Shown here one piece after another: positions 33,260 through 46,204 of a stretch of 64,000 nucleotides of DNA. The stretch's first letter is position 1. The number at the start of each line of letters is the position of its first letter. The notes under the pieces were generated by a model that saw nothing but the letters and a program-made list of their open reading frames with translations, did no database searches and was not told the origin of the DNA. The translations under genes were made by a program, and so were the position numbers. The stretch is from assembly GCA_002269645.1 (NCBI GenBank), contig NIVC01000829.1, positions 1 to 64,000 of the forward strand. Direction: 5' to 3'. The stretch comes from Macrostomum lignano. Its lineage: Eukaryota.

Positions 33260-34753
33260 ATGGCAACTGAAAGCGTCGATGCAGAATCCGATGCACAGAC
33301 GTGCACCATGACGCATTGCACAGAGCCTTCGTCAGGTCTTGGAACATACTGGAACGGGCAACTCTGCAAGCGACATCTCGCTAAAGATGAAAAGATTTTC
33401 GCAAAGAGATACGCCGATATTAAATCAGAGAACACTGAGGTATTATCGAAAACAGATAAACTCTTGAAAGCAAACCAGGGAGCTCTGTTTGAACTGACCA
33501 GCGACAAAGCTGAGGCCGCTGATCTGTTTGACGCCATCTTTCAGAGATTGCAGCAGTGCAGAGAAAATGTGATGAGCAGATTGGACTCCAAAATAGACAA
33601 TGTGGAACGAAACTTGAAAGCTCTCAGTTTCATAGAGAAACTTTCGGTCGAGATCGGCGAGGAGGAAGCCAAAGGTGTTTCAACTAAAGGATTCAGGCTG
33701 CATCAAGAGGTCCAGATCTCGCTTGAGGATGTCCCGATATCAGAAGAGTTTGTCGATCCGGTAGACAACAGTGTGCACCAGGTACTGAGATTGCAACAAG
33801 CTGTTAGGACTTTTGCAGATGAGGCAGAGGATCCAGAGGATAAGAAACTAAAAGCTAGACTTGACTCTGCCGTGCCCACTGTAAAAATTGCGCCTAAATT
33901 GGCCAACCGTTCCTATATTCTCGCTGCTGTTTGCACCAATACTGCTGGATACTATTTCTCAGCTCAAGCAGTCACGAAGACAAAGCAAAACGGATTTGAA
34001 GCTCTCCCTAGCAGAAGCACTTTTTGTGTGGGTAATAATTCGCAGGATTGTTTTTTCAAGGTCTATAATTCAGACATGCAAATTATCAGCCAGTGGAACG
34101 TTGGTAACAACGGAGTGCAGTTAGCTTCAGGCACACTTGTTGATCATCTTCAGCAGATATTTCTTCTTGGAACCAATCAGTCCCTAATTGTGACTGACCT
34201 GACTGGCACCCAGTTGCAAAGTGTCCAGAATGTGCAGTGCCAAGCTCCAATAAGTCTCACTCATGACATGGAGAAGCTGTACATTCTCAGCAACGGTTGC
34301 GTAAACTGTCTCTCTCTGGAGTCGCTTGAGCTGCAGCAGAGCTTGACGCTGCCCGATCATGTGAAGGACGCTCGGAGTGTAGCAGTTTCAGGACGCGGCT
34401 TAATACTGTCCACCCCATCAGCTGTACACCGATTAAACATCAGCACCGGTGGTGTGAAGAAGCTGATGGACAGTCAGAACTTTTGTGTCGCTGTCATTGA
34501 CTCTGGATTGATTGCAGTGTTCGAAACTAATGGAAATGCTGTTATTGTGAGCAGCTCAGGGCAGCGGTTGAAAAGTTTCAGTCTGACAAACTCGGGTTTC
34601 AACTACGTAAACTATTGCCAAACTTGTCGACAGGGCAATTACAATACCACCTGCCAATCTATAATCTGCAGCGGTGCCTACCTAGATTCCACAAGCTGTT
34701 TCGTTCTTCTTGTGCACAGGTCATGCAGTCACCGACTCCTTTGGCGCCAGTAA
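33260..34753 (+). CDS. TRIM-like protein, type B paralogue B3 (497 aa); last 4 codons displaced by a hAT insertion
   Basis: Full ORF ending WRQ*, with the stop supplied by the TIR (CAGTAA); the original end GTTTCTATTGGTTAA (VSIG*) is at 37355-37369. Confidence 0.85.
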   Translation: MATESVDAESDAQTCTMTHCTEPSSGLGTYWNGQLCKRHLAKDEKIFAKRYADIKSENTEVLSKTDKLLKANQGALFELTSDKAEAADLFDAIFQRLQQCRENVMSRLDSKIDNVERNLKALSFIEKLSVEIGEEEAKGVSTKGFRLHQEVQISLEDVPISEEFVDPVDNSVHQVLRLQQAVRTFADEAEDPEDKKLKARLDSAVPTVKIAPKLANRSYILAAVCTNTAGYYFSAQAVTKTKQNGFEALPSRSTFCVGNNSQDCFFKVYNSDMQIISQWNVGNNGVQLASGTLVDHLQQIFLLGTNQSLIVTDLTGTQLQSVQNVQCQAPISLTHDMEKLYILSNGCVNCLSLESLELQQSLTLPDHVKDARSVAVSGRGLILSTPSAVHRLNISTGGVKKLMDSQNFCVAVIDSGLIAVFETNGNAVIVSSSGQRLKSFSLTNSGFNYVNYCQTCRQGNYNTTCQSIICSGAYLDSTSCFVLLVHRSCSHRLLWRQ

Positions 34754-35104
34754 TGGGACTGAGGCGCGAATTCGCGCCTGGCGCGAATTTCAGTAAAGAT
34801 GGCGCGAATACGCGATTTTTCAGGTGTGGTGCGGATTTTGAGGTGTGAATGGCGCGGATTTATATTTAGTGTGTGCGGTTTATGCTGCAACTTCATTTTC
34901 TTTCAAGTGTGGCTCTGGGCTTGTATCGAGCAAGATGTATGAACGGTTGCATTCTTAGCTTCCCTACAGAACATAAATATAACTCCACTAGCTCTGTTTT
35001 TTTGCACAAAATATAGTGTGGTGACTCGCTAGGAGGTAACTACGAGGTAGGTAGGTAGGTAGGTAGGCATTTGTGACGCTTGCGACGCTTGCGACGCTTC
35101 TGAG

Positions 35105-36592
35105 TTGGGTCTCCGCGTGGAAACTTTGGTCCGCAATGTTTACTGCCATTTCAAATTCTCCACCACGGACTGCGATAAGCTGCATGCTATCGCCACTGAG
35201 TTTGACGAAATTAAAAAGCTTGTCTTCCTTCGGCCTGTTGAAACTAGATGGCTTCAGCTCCTGTCTGTTGTGCAGCGCGTGCTACAACTTCTTCAACCGC
35301 TCATTCGGTACTTCTCCGAGTCGCGACCTCATGGTGAAAACTTTGCCAGCATGAAGGCTGACGTGCAAGATCCAAAAGTGCAATTCTTTCTGCACTTTCT
35401 TGCTGAAGTACTGCAACCCTTTCAGCAGTTTGAGTTGCTGTTTCAGCAGGAAGGAACCCAGATCCATCGCCTTTACCCACAACTAAATGATCTGACGCGC
35501 CGCTGGCTTTTGTGCTTTGTGGCTCCTGAAAAGCTGCCAGTCAAATTCTGGAAGCTTGATGTCAAGGATGACTGTCTGGCTGCCTCTTCGCATTGCCATC
35601 GGTGAGCCTCCAGGCGCCTCTTCGCAGACATGTCTGCGACTGACCAGCAGGTTTGCTTGAAGTCAGTGAAGGCATTCTTTAAGAAGGGGACCGAGAAGCT
35701 GTTCGAATATTTGCCGCTTGGCAGTCCAGTCCTCCGTGCATGCCAACTTCTGGACCCCAAAAAGAAATCTAACAGTCATTTCGTTCACTGGGCTACCACT
35801 GTAGCCAGTCAGCTGCCTACAATTGTACCAGAAGCCGATATTGACAGCCTGCGGGTCGAGGCTCGCCTTCATCAGCACGATCTGCTCAATGGTGATGCTG
35901 AAGTCGCAAATGAGACAGTGACTGACTTCTGGAGCAAAGTCGCCACTGCTGGCAACCGCCCTCTACTGATGCGCAAAGCACGAGTGTTAGCTGTCTTGCC
36001 TCATGGCAATGCTGAAGTTGAGCGTATTTTTAGTAACTTAAACGATGTTGTGACGAAAAAACGCTCCAGCCTGGGGACGCAGACCATCAAGGCACTCGTT
36101 GTTTCGCGGTCCTGCCTACAGACAAAGCATTGGTCAGCTGCTACACTGCCAGTCTCCTTGAGGCTGAAGAATTTGTGCGCCAGTGCTGATGCTGCATATC
36201 GGCGACGACTGGAAGAGGAGAAGGCTGCGGACGAACAGCGGAAGCGAGAGGAGCTCGAGAAGCGAGTTTTGATGGAGCTGCAAAGTGAGAAGAGTGCCAG
36301 CAAGGTGTATGGTGACTTGGAAAAGTCTATCAATGCGACGGCAGATGCGATCAAGCAGAAGCAGAAACAGCGAGATGATGCTCAGCGGCTGTTGTCGGAG
36401 TCTTCAAAGGTCAAGGAAGCAAGGGACCAGGAGCTCGAAGAACTACGGCAGCAACAAGAGAAGCTGCAACGAAAGAAGATGAAGGAGTCTGAGAAACTGG
36501 CGCAAAGCATTCTCAAGCGACGGGCTGTTGAGCAGTCGGTGTCAACTCCTCTGCCTGCAGGTATTATGCAGAAAAAGTTCAGACACAATTGA
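35105..36592 (+). pseudogene. hAT transposase, C-terminal part (N-terminus missing, in-frame stop)
   Basis: LRPVETRWLQL motif; dimerisation domain LAVLPHGNAEVERIFSNL..KRSSL; TGA at 35603-35605 with IAIGE in the alternative frame (paired indels); long charged coiled-coil tail. Confidence 0.9.
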
Positions 36593-36708
36593 TGTGCGCT
36601 TCATGCAATCATGCTCCATGTGACTCCATGCTACTGTGTTTAGAACTGGTTATCACAGTGAATTTAATGCGCATATAAGTAGGAATAAAATTTCTTATCA
36701 TCTTATTC

Positions 36709-36978
36709 GGTGGTATGTAAAAGACGGAGCGGATCGAATCTACATCGGATCTACGGATAAGCGAAATTTAGTGTTAAAGTCGATTTTTTTTCTCAAAAGT
36801 CAAATAAGCAAGAAAGCAGATGCCATTTTATGTAAAGAACTGTCAAGTGCCAATACTAAGAATGTTTTTAAATATTTGTTATTATACTTTTGACTGATCC
36901 GTGGTCCCATTACTTTCAATGTACGGATGGATCCGTATTCCATACCGATCTGATCTGCTTCGTCTTTTACATACAACC
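36709..36978. mobile_element. MITE nested inside the hAT element (8-bp TSD)
   Basis: About 30-bp TIRs GGTGGTATGTAAAAGACGGAGCGGATC / GATCTGCTTCGTCTTTTACATACAACC; TSD TCTTATTC at 36701-36708 and 36979-36986. Confidence 0.85.
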
Positions 36979-37346
36979 TCTTATTCTGCTTCTTTTGCTA
37001 CGAGCCTGAACCACGAATACTGAAACTTCTGAAAGTGAGTGAGAGGACTTGTGTTTCACGAAAAAAGTATATCTACTTTGCGACAATGACAAATAAACGT
37101 GACGCTCTGTCAAAACTTCGTTAAAAGTGTCCACTTCATTCATTAGAGTAAATTCGTAAGATCGTAATTTACGATATTAAAAAAATATTTATAATAGACC
37201 ATTAATTAACTATACGCTCGTAACAAGGGACCCCAAGGCTGCATAAAAGGAAATTTAGTAGTGCGGGGCACTGGGCAGGAAATTTCGGACGGCGCGAATA
37301 TTTTTTAATGGCGCGAAAAAATGGTTGCCTCTCAGTCCCACCACTG

Positions 37347-40300
37347 TTTGGCGCGTTTCTATTGGTTAATCCAGTCGCTGTTATGCAGTTTTGTTCAGAC
37401 TTTTACTTTACTCTAGTAAGGTATCATTTCGAAAAAGCTAACTAACGACACAGTTTAAAATTTATCGAAGACAAGTAGCTTTATCGATGAAGCTAACTGC
37501 AACATCTACGAGCGTACAACAAAACCCCACAATTTTGCTTGCAATTTTTTAGATGTTTTGAGATTTTTAAGATCTTAAGATCTTTTCCGGTCATTTGTTC
37601 TCAAACGGCGTCTTCTTTTTGATATGTTGGTCATCAAGCCCGGTATATTTTTTAAATTGGTCAGGATTTAAACCATTTAAATGTATTTATCGGAAATGCG
37701 TTTTAACATAATGTAAGTTGTCACTACGCCAGCAGACTTTCGCCAATGGCTACTGTATTGCATTGATTGATTCTAAAGTGAACTGAAGACCAATTAACAG
37801 TAGAACTACCAAGAGGGGGGGGGAAATCAAAGACAATTTTTTTGCTGCGCCGAACGAAGCAACGCAGGCACACGAAATTCAAGAACACGGACTAACTTTT
37901 TGTTGCGCACATTCTCAAACAAGAATCAAGTCGCCAGCCCTCCGGACCGTCGAGATATTCGACGATTCTACCTGAAGGTCGGATTTTTCCCATTAGCGCT
38001 AGTGTATTCGGTACACCCCTGTGCGCCAATCAGCACTGCGCCTCAGTGCAGCCTTGCCAAGTCTCCAAATTTCAACAGCACGTCGACCACATGTGTCTGC
38101 ATTAGCTCTGTCTTTGTTGGTCACTAGCCTTCACCCAGGCGGAGCTTCTGGACCTTCAACAGATGACACCAGGTGACTATGGACAGCCTGATTAGAATTT
38201 CTCTAGATTCACTGATCAAGCCTCGACAGCGGGCAAGAATCAACTGCTGGACATCCTCAGCTAGTCTGTTGAGCATTCCGTCAACACCCGGACGCCGTCG
38301 GCACCTTCAACAGGTTACACCAAGTGACTATGAACATTCTGTTGCAAATATGTCCGATTTTTCGTATCAAGCTTACATAATAAGCAAACCTCATGGGCAG
38401 ACCAGCCGAGAATGTCTCAGGGCAGCAGTTAAAAAGTTTCACTCTGTCAAACTCTGGTTTTAAATTGAATCACAATAGTCAAGCTGGTGCACAGTGTAGT
38501 ACGAATACTGTCGCCTACTATATTATCGGCTGCGGAGCCTATTTAAATTCCAGAAGCTGTTTCGTTGTTATTGTGCAGATGCCATTTTGTTACCGACTCC
38601 TTGGGCGCGTTTCTGTTGGTGAATATTGAGCTATTACCTCGTTTCAGATACTGCTACTCATAGCAAGATTAATGACAATGTTTAAAATCTATCGGAAAGA
38701 AAGAGCATAATTTAAGTTTATATGAACAGACAGTTTTTGTTTGTTGGCTGTTTTAATATAGTATTATCCATAGCTGTGGTTAAGCGGTTTCAACCTTCGA
38801 CTTTTTTTGACGTGCCCATCGATCATAAATAATCTGAAGTTCAGTGTATTTTACTAAAAACTCAAAACTCAAAGCAGTTTTTCCGTATTTTTTTGTACGA
38901 GTATTTTCTGAAAAGCAGTCACTAATATCCACCGGAGATGTCACTCACTGTATTGCTTTGGCTGGTTTTTAGTGATAGTATGGTCTTGAAAGTAAAATAT
39001 GAAGTTATTTCTGTATCTGCAAGTCTACTAAAGTTTATGTTTGCTTAGTCAAATTTATGTTTATGCAAAAAATTTATAAAATAAGTTAAAAATCTTCCGT
39101 TTTATTTGCACTTTAGAGTTTGCTTGTTTGCAGTTCAGTTTGATTTTTGACGAGCTGTACATCTAAGTTATTACTTTTTCTTGGAATTAGTTTGTATTGT
39201 TGTGGCCCCTTCAGTATTCTGTCTAAGAAAATTTGCTTGATAAGTTAGTTGGCGCTTAATTGTGGTGCTTTTGATTCTAAACCATATTTCCCGCTGTGGC
39301 CAAGCTATCGAATGTTATAGAACATGCTGTGATAGAATTTTAAAACAGTGATTTGAGTAATTTGAATTGCTTTAAATAAGAATTAGAATTTATTTCAGTA
39401 AACGCTATAAAAGTAAAAAAAATTCAATGCTGATTTCCAATGCTCATTTTTCCGTCAACTCACTTTTTATTGTTTTTTTATGTACTCCAACTATTGCCAT
39501 AGAGCATATGGGCCGTTTTCGTCTATTTCCATCTGTTTTTTATATTTACATATGGGAGGTCTAACTAAGTACTGGAATGAAAGTAAAAATAAAGTGATGC
39601 AATTCGTGATTTGCTACTTGTACAATTTGTTGAGCAGACCTGATGTTTCTAAGAGGAGACCGGATTGACATGTTCGCGTTTCTAATCAATTGGTCGGACC
39701 AGCTACCGATTCCAGTAGCTTTAAGGCTTCGGTTTGGGTTCTTTAATGTCCTAAATTGACGTTATATCCCCATTTTATGCACTTTATTCTCTAAGACATC
39801 AAGGGAGAGACCGCGACGGGATCTGGGCGATTTTAGGCAACTGTTCCGAACAGTTATGCATTCCAGTCGGTTTGGTGCGGGACATAGCTTTGCTTCCCAT
39901 TGTAGAGCTTTAAGGTGACATCCTTGTGAAAATTATTGGAATTTAAAATAAGAACTAAGATTAGCTAAGCTTTCTATTTTATGTCTGTTTTGATTTTACC
40001 TCCCTCAGCTTGGTTTTACACAAGCTTGTGGTCTTTTGCTTAGATTTTATGGTGAAAGTGTATATCCAGAATAGCCATTAATATTTACCTGTGATTTCAG
40101 TAATAGTAGTTTTGTGCACCTATTTGTGTGCCTTACCAATTGCAAAATTTAACTTCTGATCAATTTTTATGTTTTAGCAACATTGTGTGCAATTTTATAT
40201 GTTCTTGTACTTAGTTTATTTTTCTTGTCAATTTTTTACAGTTTGATTGGATTGATTCGTTAGCAATTTTGATATTTTAATATACATGTACTTAGCCTTT

Positions 40301-41655
40301 TAAGTTTCTGTTTTACTTTTATTGAATACTAAAAAAGTAGAACTTGTTTTTTATGTTTCGATTTTCTAAGAAATTTAGTGATTCAATAACGGAGCAATGA
40401 GAAAAAAATATATTTTTGTAATCGTTCTTTTGATTGTACATAGTATTGGTTATAGACTTCATCATTTGGCCACTAAACCTTCTTAACACGCAGGTTTCCT
40501 ACAGCTTTTTGGTACAGCTGATGAATTTCTTAATGAGAGACTCTGCAATGTCGGTAACAAGCACATCAGCTTATCAAAATGAATAATACTATAGTTAATT
40601 ATTTTAAGGTGTTGTAGAGCATTCATTTTTATGTAGTTAATGCGCTACACGTGTAGTTCTCCACCTAGCCAGCCTTGCTTGATTTTAGTGCACTGTGTCG
40701 GCCCCAACCCACCCTTGTAGCCGTCTGGCTGCTTAGTCACCCCCGCCCCCAAATAGTCACCCATTTTTATACCTTCTGCTAATGTAGTCTAGTTGTGGTG
40801 GTGTTACTTCCGTCTCGCGTGTGATTGGATGCCCAGGGTTAAGTCATCTTGCTCTAATTGATTGGCTGGGCCTTTGTTGTGCCTACTTAACTCCCGGTTT
40901 TCTTTTCCCAAGTTCTTTCTCCCCTCCCCCATGCGCCCGGCCTGGCAGCTCTATTTATTGAGATCCCTTACAGGCCACTTTCTCGGCCCTCTCCGGACTG
41001 CTTTCCTGTCCTCCCGTTTAGGCTTAAACTGTGTTCAATTGGCGATCTTCAGCTGCCCCTTTTTCGATCGCGTACACCTGCTCTGTTCGTCAGCGCCCCC
41101 AATCGTGATCTGCCAATATACGAGCGACTATTCTCCGCTGCTGAAAAACGCCACGTAAGCCGCTGTCCCCCGCGTGTTTTTGGATTAGACTGTTTTAGGA
41201 TCTAGCTGGGATTTGGAGAGACAATCGGGAATCACTTAAGCAGTAGGTTGCGTTGACTGCAGCATTAGGGTTTGTACACAAGCCCGGATTAGTGGGTATT
41301 TTTCCTGGGATTCCCCCAAATTCAAAATTTAGATTACCCATAAACTGGGGTGCCGAAAAGCATGGAAACCTTTGAATTTGACTCAGCTTCAACTTCAGAA
41401 AGGCTTTCAAATAGTTGCTCGCTATAGTGTCGTCTCAGCTAGCAAAATTTATAACTGTTAGCTGCTCTGTTTTGCTCTATTTGCCCTTTGCCCTAAGCCT
41501 AAGCCTTTTATGAGTTTTGCTTAGAGTTGACTGTTGGCTTAGACAATAAAAATAGCTAATTTCGTCAACACCTGTCTACTTTAGAGCTGTTTTTACTAAT
41601 AAACTCTCAAGACGTATACGCTCCTAGGCTGGGTTTCTCAATAAAAATGTCAAAA
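37347..41655 (+). repeat. Segmental duplication copy 2 (partner 19825-24075); homology resumes at 41660-42500 vs 25030-25870
   Basis: Matches by eye over more than 4 kb; lacks 24075-25028 of copy 1. Confidence 0.9.
38416..38629 (+). pseudogene. 3'-end relic of a diverged TRIM-like paralogue (duplicate of 20861-21073)
   Basis: ORF 38393..38629 ends SGQQLKSFTLSNSGF...LLGRVSVGEY*. Confidence 0.8.
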
Positions 41656-41659
41656 TCTG

Positions 41660-41960
41660 GATTTTAAAATCTCATACTGAGCTGATGAGGGTCAGACAGT
41701 TTTTCTAGAAAATATTTTAGCTGAAACTAGAGTTACGGAGTCACAAAGAAATCTTGTTGGCAGCCTCCAGTCTCCAAACTAGGTTGAAGCATGAGATATC
41801 GGTTCGAGATGCACTGGTTTTAAATAACTGGGGTCGATCCAGTGGACAGTAGCCTTTTTTATTGAGAGACTGCGTGAGAAACTGGAAGCACTGTCTGCTA
41901 TTGCTTACCAGCTTGAATAAGTTTACACAAGTTTTTGTTTTACGAGCTACATAACGGAAC
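41660..41960 (+). pseudogene. Eroded TRIM-like relic (duplicate of the 25030-25330 part)
   Basis: Near-identical to 25030-25330, including the GTCGATCCAGTGGACAGTAG (VDPVDS) motif. Confidence 0.6.
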
Positions 41961-42269
41961 CGTTGGTAAATTAGAACACGAAAGTAGCTACTCACCTTCG
42001 ATTTTCAGTAATGCTGCAATGCATTTTAACTAATAACTTTTATGACTCAAAATTAGGGCATCATATTTAAACGCCTAAGCTTCAACAATTTCTCGAATGT
42101 GTCTATGCATAAACAGTATTCTACTATCGCCATTTGGATTAAAAATATGTTGACTAGTTTTTCATAAAATCAGGTCCATAACACAGATTCAGCGGCGCCT
42201 AGCATTCATTATTTATACATATTTAGTATTGCTCGTATATTTACTAGCTAATATTTTCTCTTTTCAGCT

Positions 42270-43781
42270 ATGGAAACTGAAAGCGTCGATGCAGATACCG
42301 ATGCACGGACGTGCACCATGACGCATTGCACGGAGCCGTCGTCAGGTCTTGGCAAATTCTGGAGCGGGCAACTCTGCGAGCGGCATCTCGGTAAAGATGA
42401 AAAGATTTTCGAGGAGAGATACGCCGATATAAAATCAAAGAACACTGAACCATTAGCGAAGACGAACGAACTCCTAAAAGCAAACCGAGGAGCTCTGTTT
42501 GAACTGACCAGCGACAGAGCTGAGGCAGCTGATCTGTTTGACGCAATATTTCAGAGATTGCTGCAGTGCAGAGAAAATGTGATGAGCAGATTGGACTCTA
42601 AAATAGACAATGTGGAGCAGAACTTGAGAGCTCTCGGCTTCATAGAGAAACTTTCGGTCGAGATCGGCGAGGAGGAAGCCAAAGGTGTTTCAACTAAAGG
42701 ATTCAGGCTGCATCAAGAGGTCCAGATCTCGCTTGAGGATGCCCCGATATCAGAAGAGTTTGTCGATCCGGTAGACAACAGCGTGCACCAGGTACTGAGA
42801 TTGCAACAGGCTGTTGAGACTTTTGCAGATGAGGCTGAGGATCCTGACGGTGAGAAACTAAAAGCTAGACTTGAGTCTGCCGTGCCCACTGTTAATGTGG
42901 CTCCTAATTTGGACAACTACTGTTCCTATATTCTCGCTGCTGTTTGCACCAATACTGCTGGATACTATTTCTCAGCTCAAGCAGTCACGAAGACAAACCA
43001 AAACGGATTTCAAGCTCTCCCTAGCGGAAGCACTTTTTGTGTGGCTAATGATTGTCAGTATTGGTTTTTCATGGTCTATAATTCAGACATGCAAATTATC
43101 AGCCAGTGGAACGTTGGTAACAACGGAGTGCAGTTAGCTTCAGGCACACTTGTTGATCATCTTCAGCAGATATTTCTTCTTGGAACCAATCAGTCCCTAT
43201 TTGTGACTGACCTGACTGGCACCCAGTTGCGAAGTGTCCAGAATGTGCAGTGCGAAGCTGCAATAAGCCTCACTCATGACATGGAGAAGCTGTACATTCT
43301 TAGCTACGGTTGTGTGAACTGCCTCTCTCTGGAGTCGCTTGAGCTGCAGCAGAGCTTGACGCTGCCCGATAATGTGAAGGACGCTCACAGTGTAACAGCT
43401 TCAGGACGCAGCTTAATTCTGGCTACTCCATCAGCTGTACATCGGTTAAACATCGGCACCGGTGGTGGGAAGAAGCTGATGGACAGTCAGAACTTTTGTG
43501 TCGCTGTCATTGACTCTAGATTGATTGCAGTGTTCGAAACTAATGGAAATGCTGTTTTTGTAAGCAGCTCAGGGCAGCGGTTGAGAAGTTTCAGTCTGAC
43601 AAACTCGGGTTTCAACTACGTAAACTATTGCCAAACTTGTCGACAGGGCAATTACAATACCACCTGCCAATCTATAATCTGCAGCGGTGCCTACTTAGAT
43701 TCCACAAGCTGTTTTGTTCTTCTTGTGCACATGTCATGCGGAGACCAACTCCTTGGATGCGTTTCTTTTGGTTATGATTAA
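42270..43781 (+). CDS. TRIM-like protein, type B paralogue B4 (503 aa)
   Basis: Full ORF; family motifs; acceptor TTTTCTCTTTTCAG 2 nt before the ATG. Confidence 0.85.
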   Translation: METESVDADTDARTCTMTHCTEPSSGLGKFWSGQLCERHLGKDEKIFEERYADIKSKNTEPLAKTNELLKANRGALFELTSDRAEAADLFDAIFQRLLQCRENVMSRLDSKIDNVEQNLRALGFIEKLSVEIGEEEAKGVSTKGFRLHQEVQISLEDAPISEEFVDPVDNSVHQVLRLQQAVETFADEAEDPDGEKLKARLESAVPTVNVAPNLDNYCSYILAAVCTNTAGYYFSAQAVTKTNQNGFQALPSGSTFCVANDCQYWFFMVYNSDMQIISQWNVGNNGVQLASGTLVDHLQQIFLLGTNQSLFVTDLTGTQLRSVQNVQCEAAISLTHDMEKLYILSYGCVNCLSLESLELQQSLTLPDNVKDAHSVTASGRSLILATPSAVHRLNIGTGGGKKLMDSQNFCVAVIDSRLIAVFETNGNAVFVSSSGQRLRSFSLTNSGFNYVNYCQTCRQGNYNTTCQSIICSGAYLDSTSCFVLLVHMSCGDQLLGCVSFGYD

Positions 43782-44046
43782 TCATGGAGCTGTTTGCTCG
43801 TTTTGTTCTGATACTTTTACTCTATTAAGGTATGATTTCGAATAATTTAACTAAGGACCTTTTTTAAAATTGATCGGAGACGAGGAGAATGTTTTTAGTT
43901 GCTACCTATACTATTTTGCTTGCATGCAGTTTTAATATGATGTATGTTTTTTGGTAAGTTTTTAACCGCGCCCAAATTTTTATATATCTTATACGTAGTC
44001 CATTTCCGTTTTTTTAAAATTAGTAGTTGTTTTCTTGACAATTATA

Positions 44047-44329
44047 TACTTAGCAACATCGAAAAGTCGCCATCACAGAAGATTCCGTCTGTGGTCGCCA
44101 CTTTTGAGAATTCAGGTAAAAAGTATCTCAATCTGTGCGACTGACGCAACTTAGCGACGCCACGCGGCTGACTTTGGTTGAGGAATGAAGTGTGGGAAGC
44201 CGTGTATGTGGGTTGAACTGATTAAAGCTACCCCTCAGTTTCTCGCGTCTTTTATTTCAGATTTCAGAATAGTCCAAGAGAAATCTCTCATTGGCGCATA
44301 GATTGGCGACTTTTCAATGTTTCTCAGTA
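44047..44329 (+). mobile_element. MITE with ~28-bp TIRs in a TA-rich context; duplicates at 50906-51156 and 57726-57976
   Basis: TACTTAGCAACATCGAAAAGTCGCCA / TGGCGACTTTTCAATGTTTCTCAGTA. Confidence 0.7.
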
Positions 44330-46204
44330 CATTTTCTTTAGGTGATAAAGCGCAATGGTGTTTTTTAGATTACTTATTTGGCAGTAACGATGGTTAGTAA
44401 ATATGTTCACAGATAATCCCATGGGCCTCTACTCTTCTAACAGGGCTACTAATGTAATCATTAATTGCTCATATAAACCAATAGATTGTACGAAGCAGTA
44501 CTATATAACTCTCGTGTCATCCAGCTTGTTCCATATTCCATCTTTTAGGACACAAGATTTGTAGCTGCCCTACCAGCTGCGTACTGCCGTAGTGAGACAC
44601 GGTGAATACTGGACATCCCAAGCTGGGGATGCTACGTGCTAGGCTTCACCAGAAGAATTTCGTGTTTTTGACCATCGATCCCATTCCGATTTTTATGCAT
44701 CAGGGTCGCTCTGCTGTTAGAGACCTGAAAGTGAGGGACCCAGACGGAATATTTCAGCGTTTATAGGCAACTAGTCCGACCAGCTATCGAATATAACCTG
44801 TTTAGTACGGCGCGTTGCTCTGGGTTCCATTTTTATATCTGCGTTTACGTTTAAATCCTCGTTGCACCTATTATTGCCAGTCAATTTAGCTGAATCTAGC
44901 TCGCAGAACTACGATTAGCTGTGCTTCGTCTTTAACGTCTATTTTAATTTTTTTTCAGCTTGGTTTTAGATTAGCTTTCTGGTGTTTGCTTGGTTTTTAT
45001 TTATCGAGAAAGTGTATCAGCATTATCTCAAGTAGCTACCTGCACTTGTAGTAATGATTTTTTTGTTGTACACCTTGTTTTTTGCAAAATTTGAGTTAAT
45101 TATTGTTATTAGATTTTTTGTTGGTAGTTTTGAAATTTTCTGCTTTTAATCTAGTCAGTCTTTATTGTTACAGGTATCGTTTACTTTTACGCTTGTATTT
45201 ATTTTGGTGCAGCTTTCTCGACAAAACCTTTTTTATAGTTTACTTAGCCAAAATACACAGTATTCTGTCAAACATCTCAAAAAGAGACAGCACTGACCGG
45301 ATTTCCTTTAAAGCTGGTTTATCTTCACCTAATTTCGGTAATGCACTGTTATCAGCTATTACACTTGTAATCAACTCTAGTTAAAAGGTGACCAATCTAT
45401 TGAGTGACAATCAGTGGCAGTCTGTCGAATTACGCATTTCAGCTATGCTTCTTAAAAAGACAGAAAAGCAACTGCAGAAAGAGTCCAGCGACTAGTCGTA
45501 GATCAATCGATCGAGTCTGTGACAGCCTGGCAAACTAACCGTGTGTACGTGAAGCAAATCGCTAATTGAAGGGCGTGGAATTGAAATATTATGCGCGTGA
45601 TAAAATGACAAGGATTTTTGTAATTGTTTCAAATATTTTGCAACACTGTGGAAATCGTCACACTTCTCTACGGACGTTTAGCATATATGGGGCTCAAAAA
45701 CAATAGTACCTGCCAATCTATCATCTGCGGCAGTGCTTCGTTATCGTGCAATGATTTATTTCGTGTTGATACTAATTTCCATTTCAAAACACTTCAATGG
45801 CTTAGTCTCCTTTTGTTTGGCTCTTTTTCTTTCAATACTGTTACTCTGTAATGAATCCACGCTCCAACATTTTTATTAGAAAAAAATGTTTTTTAAAAGA
45901 CAATTTCTTACCGTCAAATTTGTATATTAAAATTAAATATAGCACATTGATTCTACCAATATCTACCAATTAATCTACCAATTAAAGCATGTAAGTGTTT
46001 ACTTTTAGCTTGTAAGCTTTAATTAGAATATTTTTCTAAGATAGCTTATACTGGTACCCAGTTTTATCGTAAATTTATTTTACAATTCAGTTTACTTGGC
46101 TCGTCAGCTGTGTGGTATATGATCCTCTATAGTATCATCATCCTCATACACTACATGTATGCCTTTTGTTGTGTTATAGCAGCACTTTTTAAAATATACA
46201 TATA

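Larger units (their letters stand above)
34748..37346 (+). mobile_element. hAT DNA transposon (2.6 kb, internally deleted, non-autonomous)
   Basis: TIRs CAGTAATGGGACTGAG / CTCAGTCCCACCACTG; 8-bp TSD TTTGGCGC at 34740-34747 and 37347-37354; subterminal GGCGCGA repeats at both ends. Confidence 0.95.

Noticed and set aside
35105-36592. Active autonomous hAT transposase
   Set aside because: The N-terminal DNA-binding and first catalytic regions are missing and there is an internal stop
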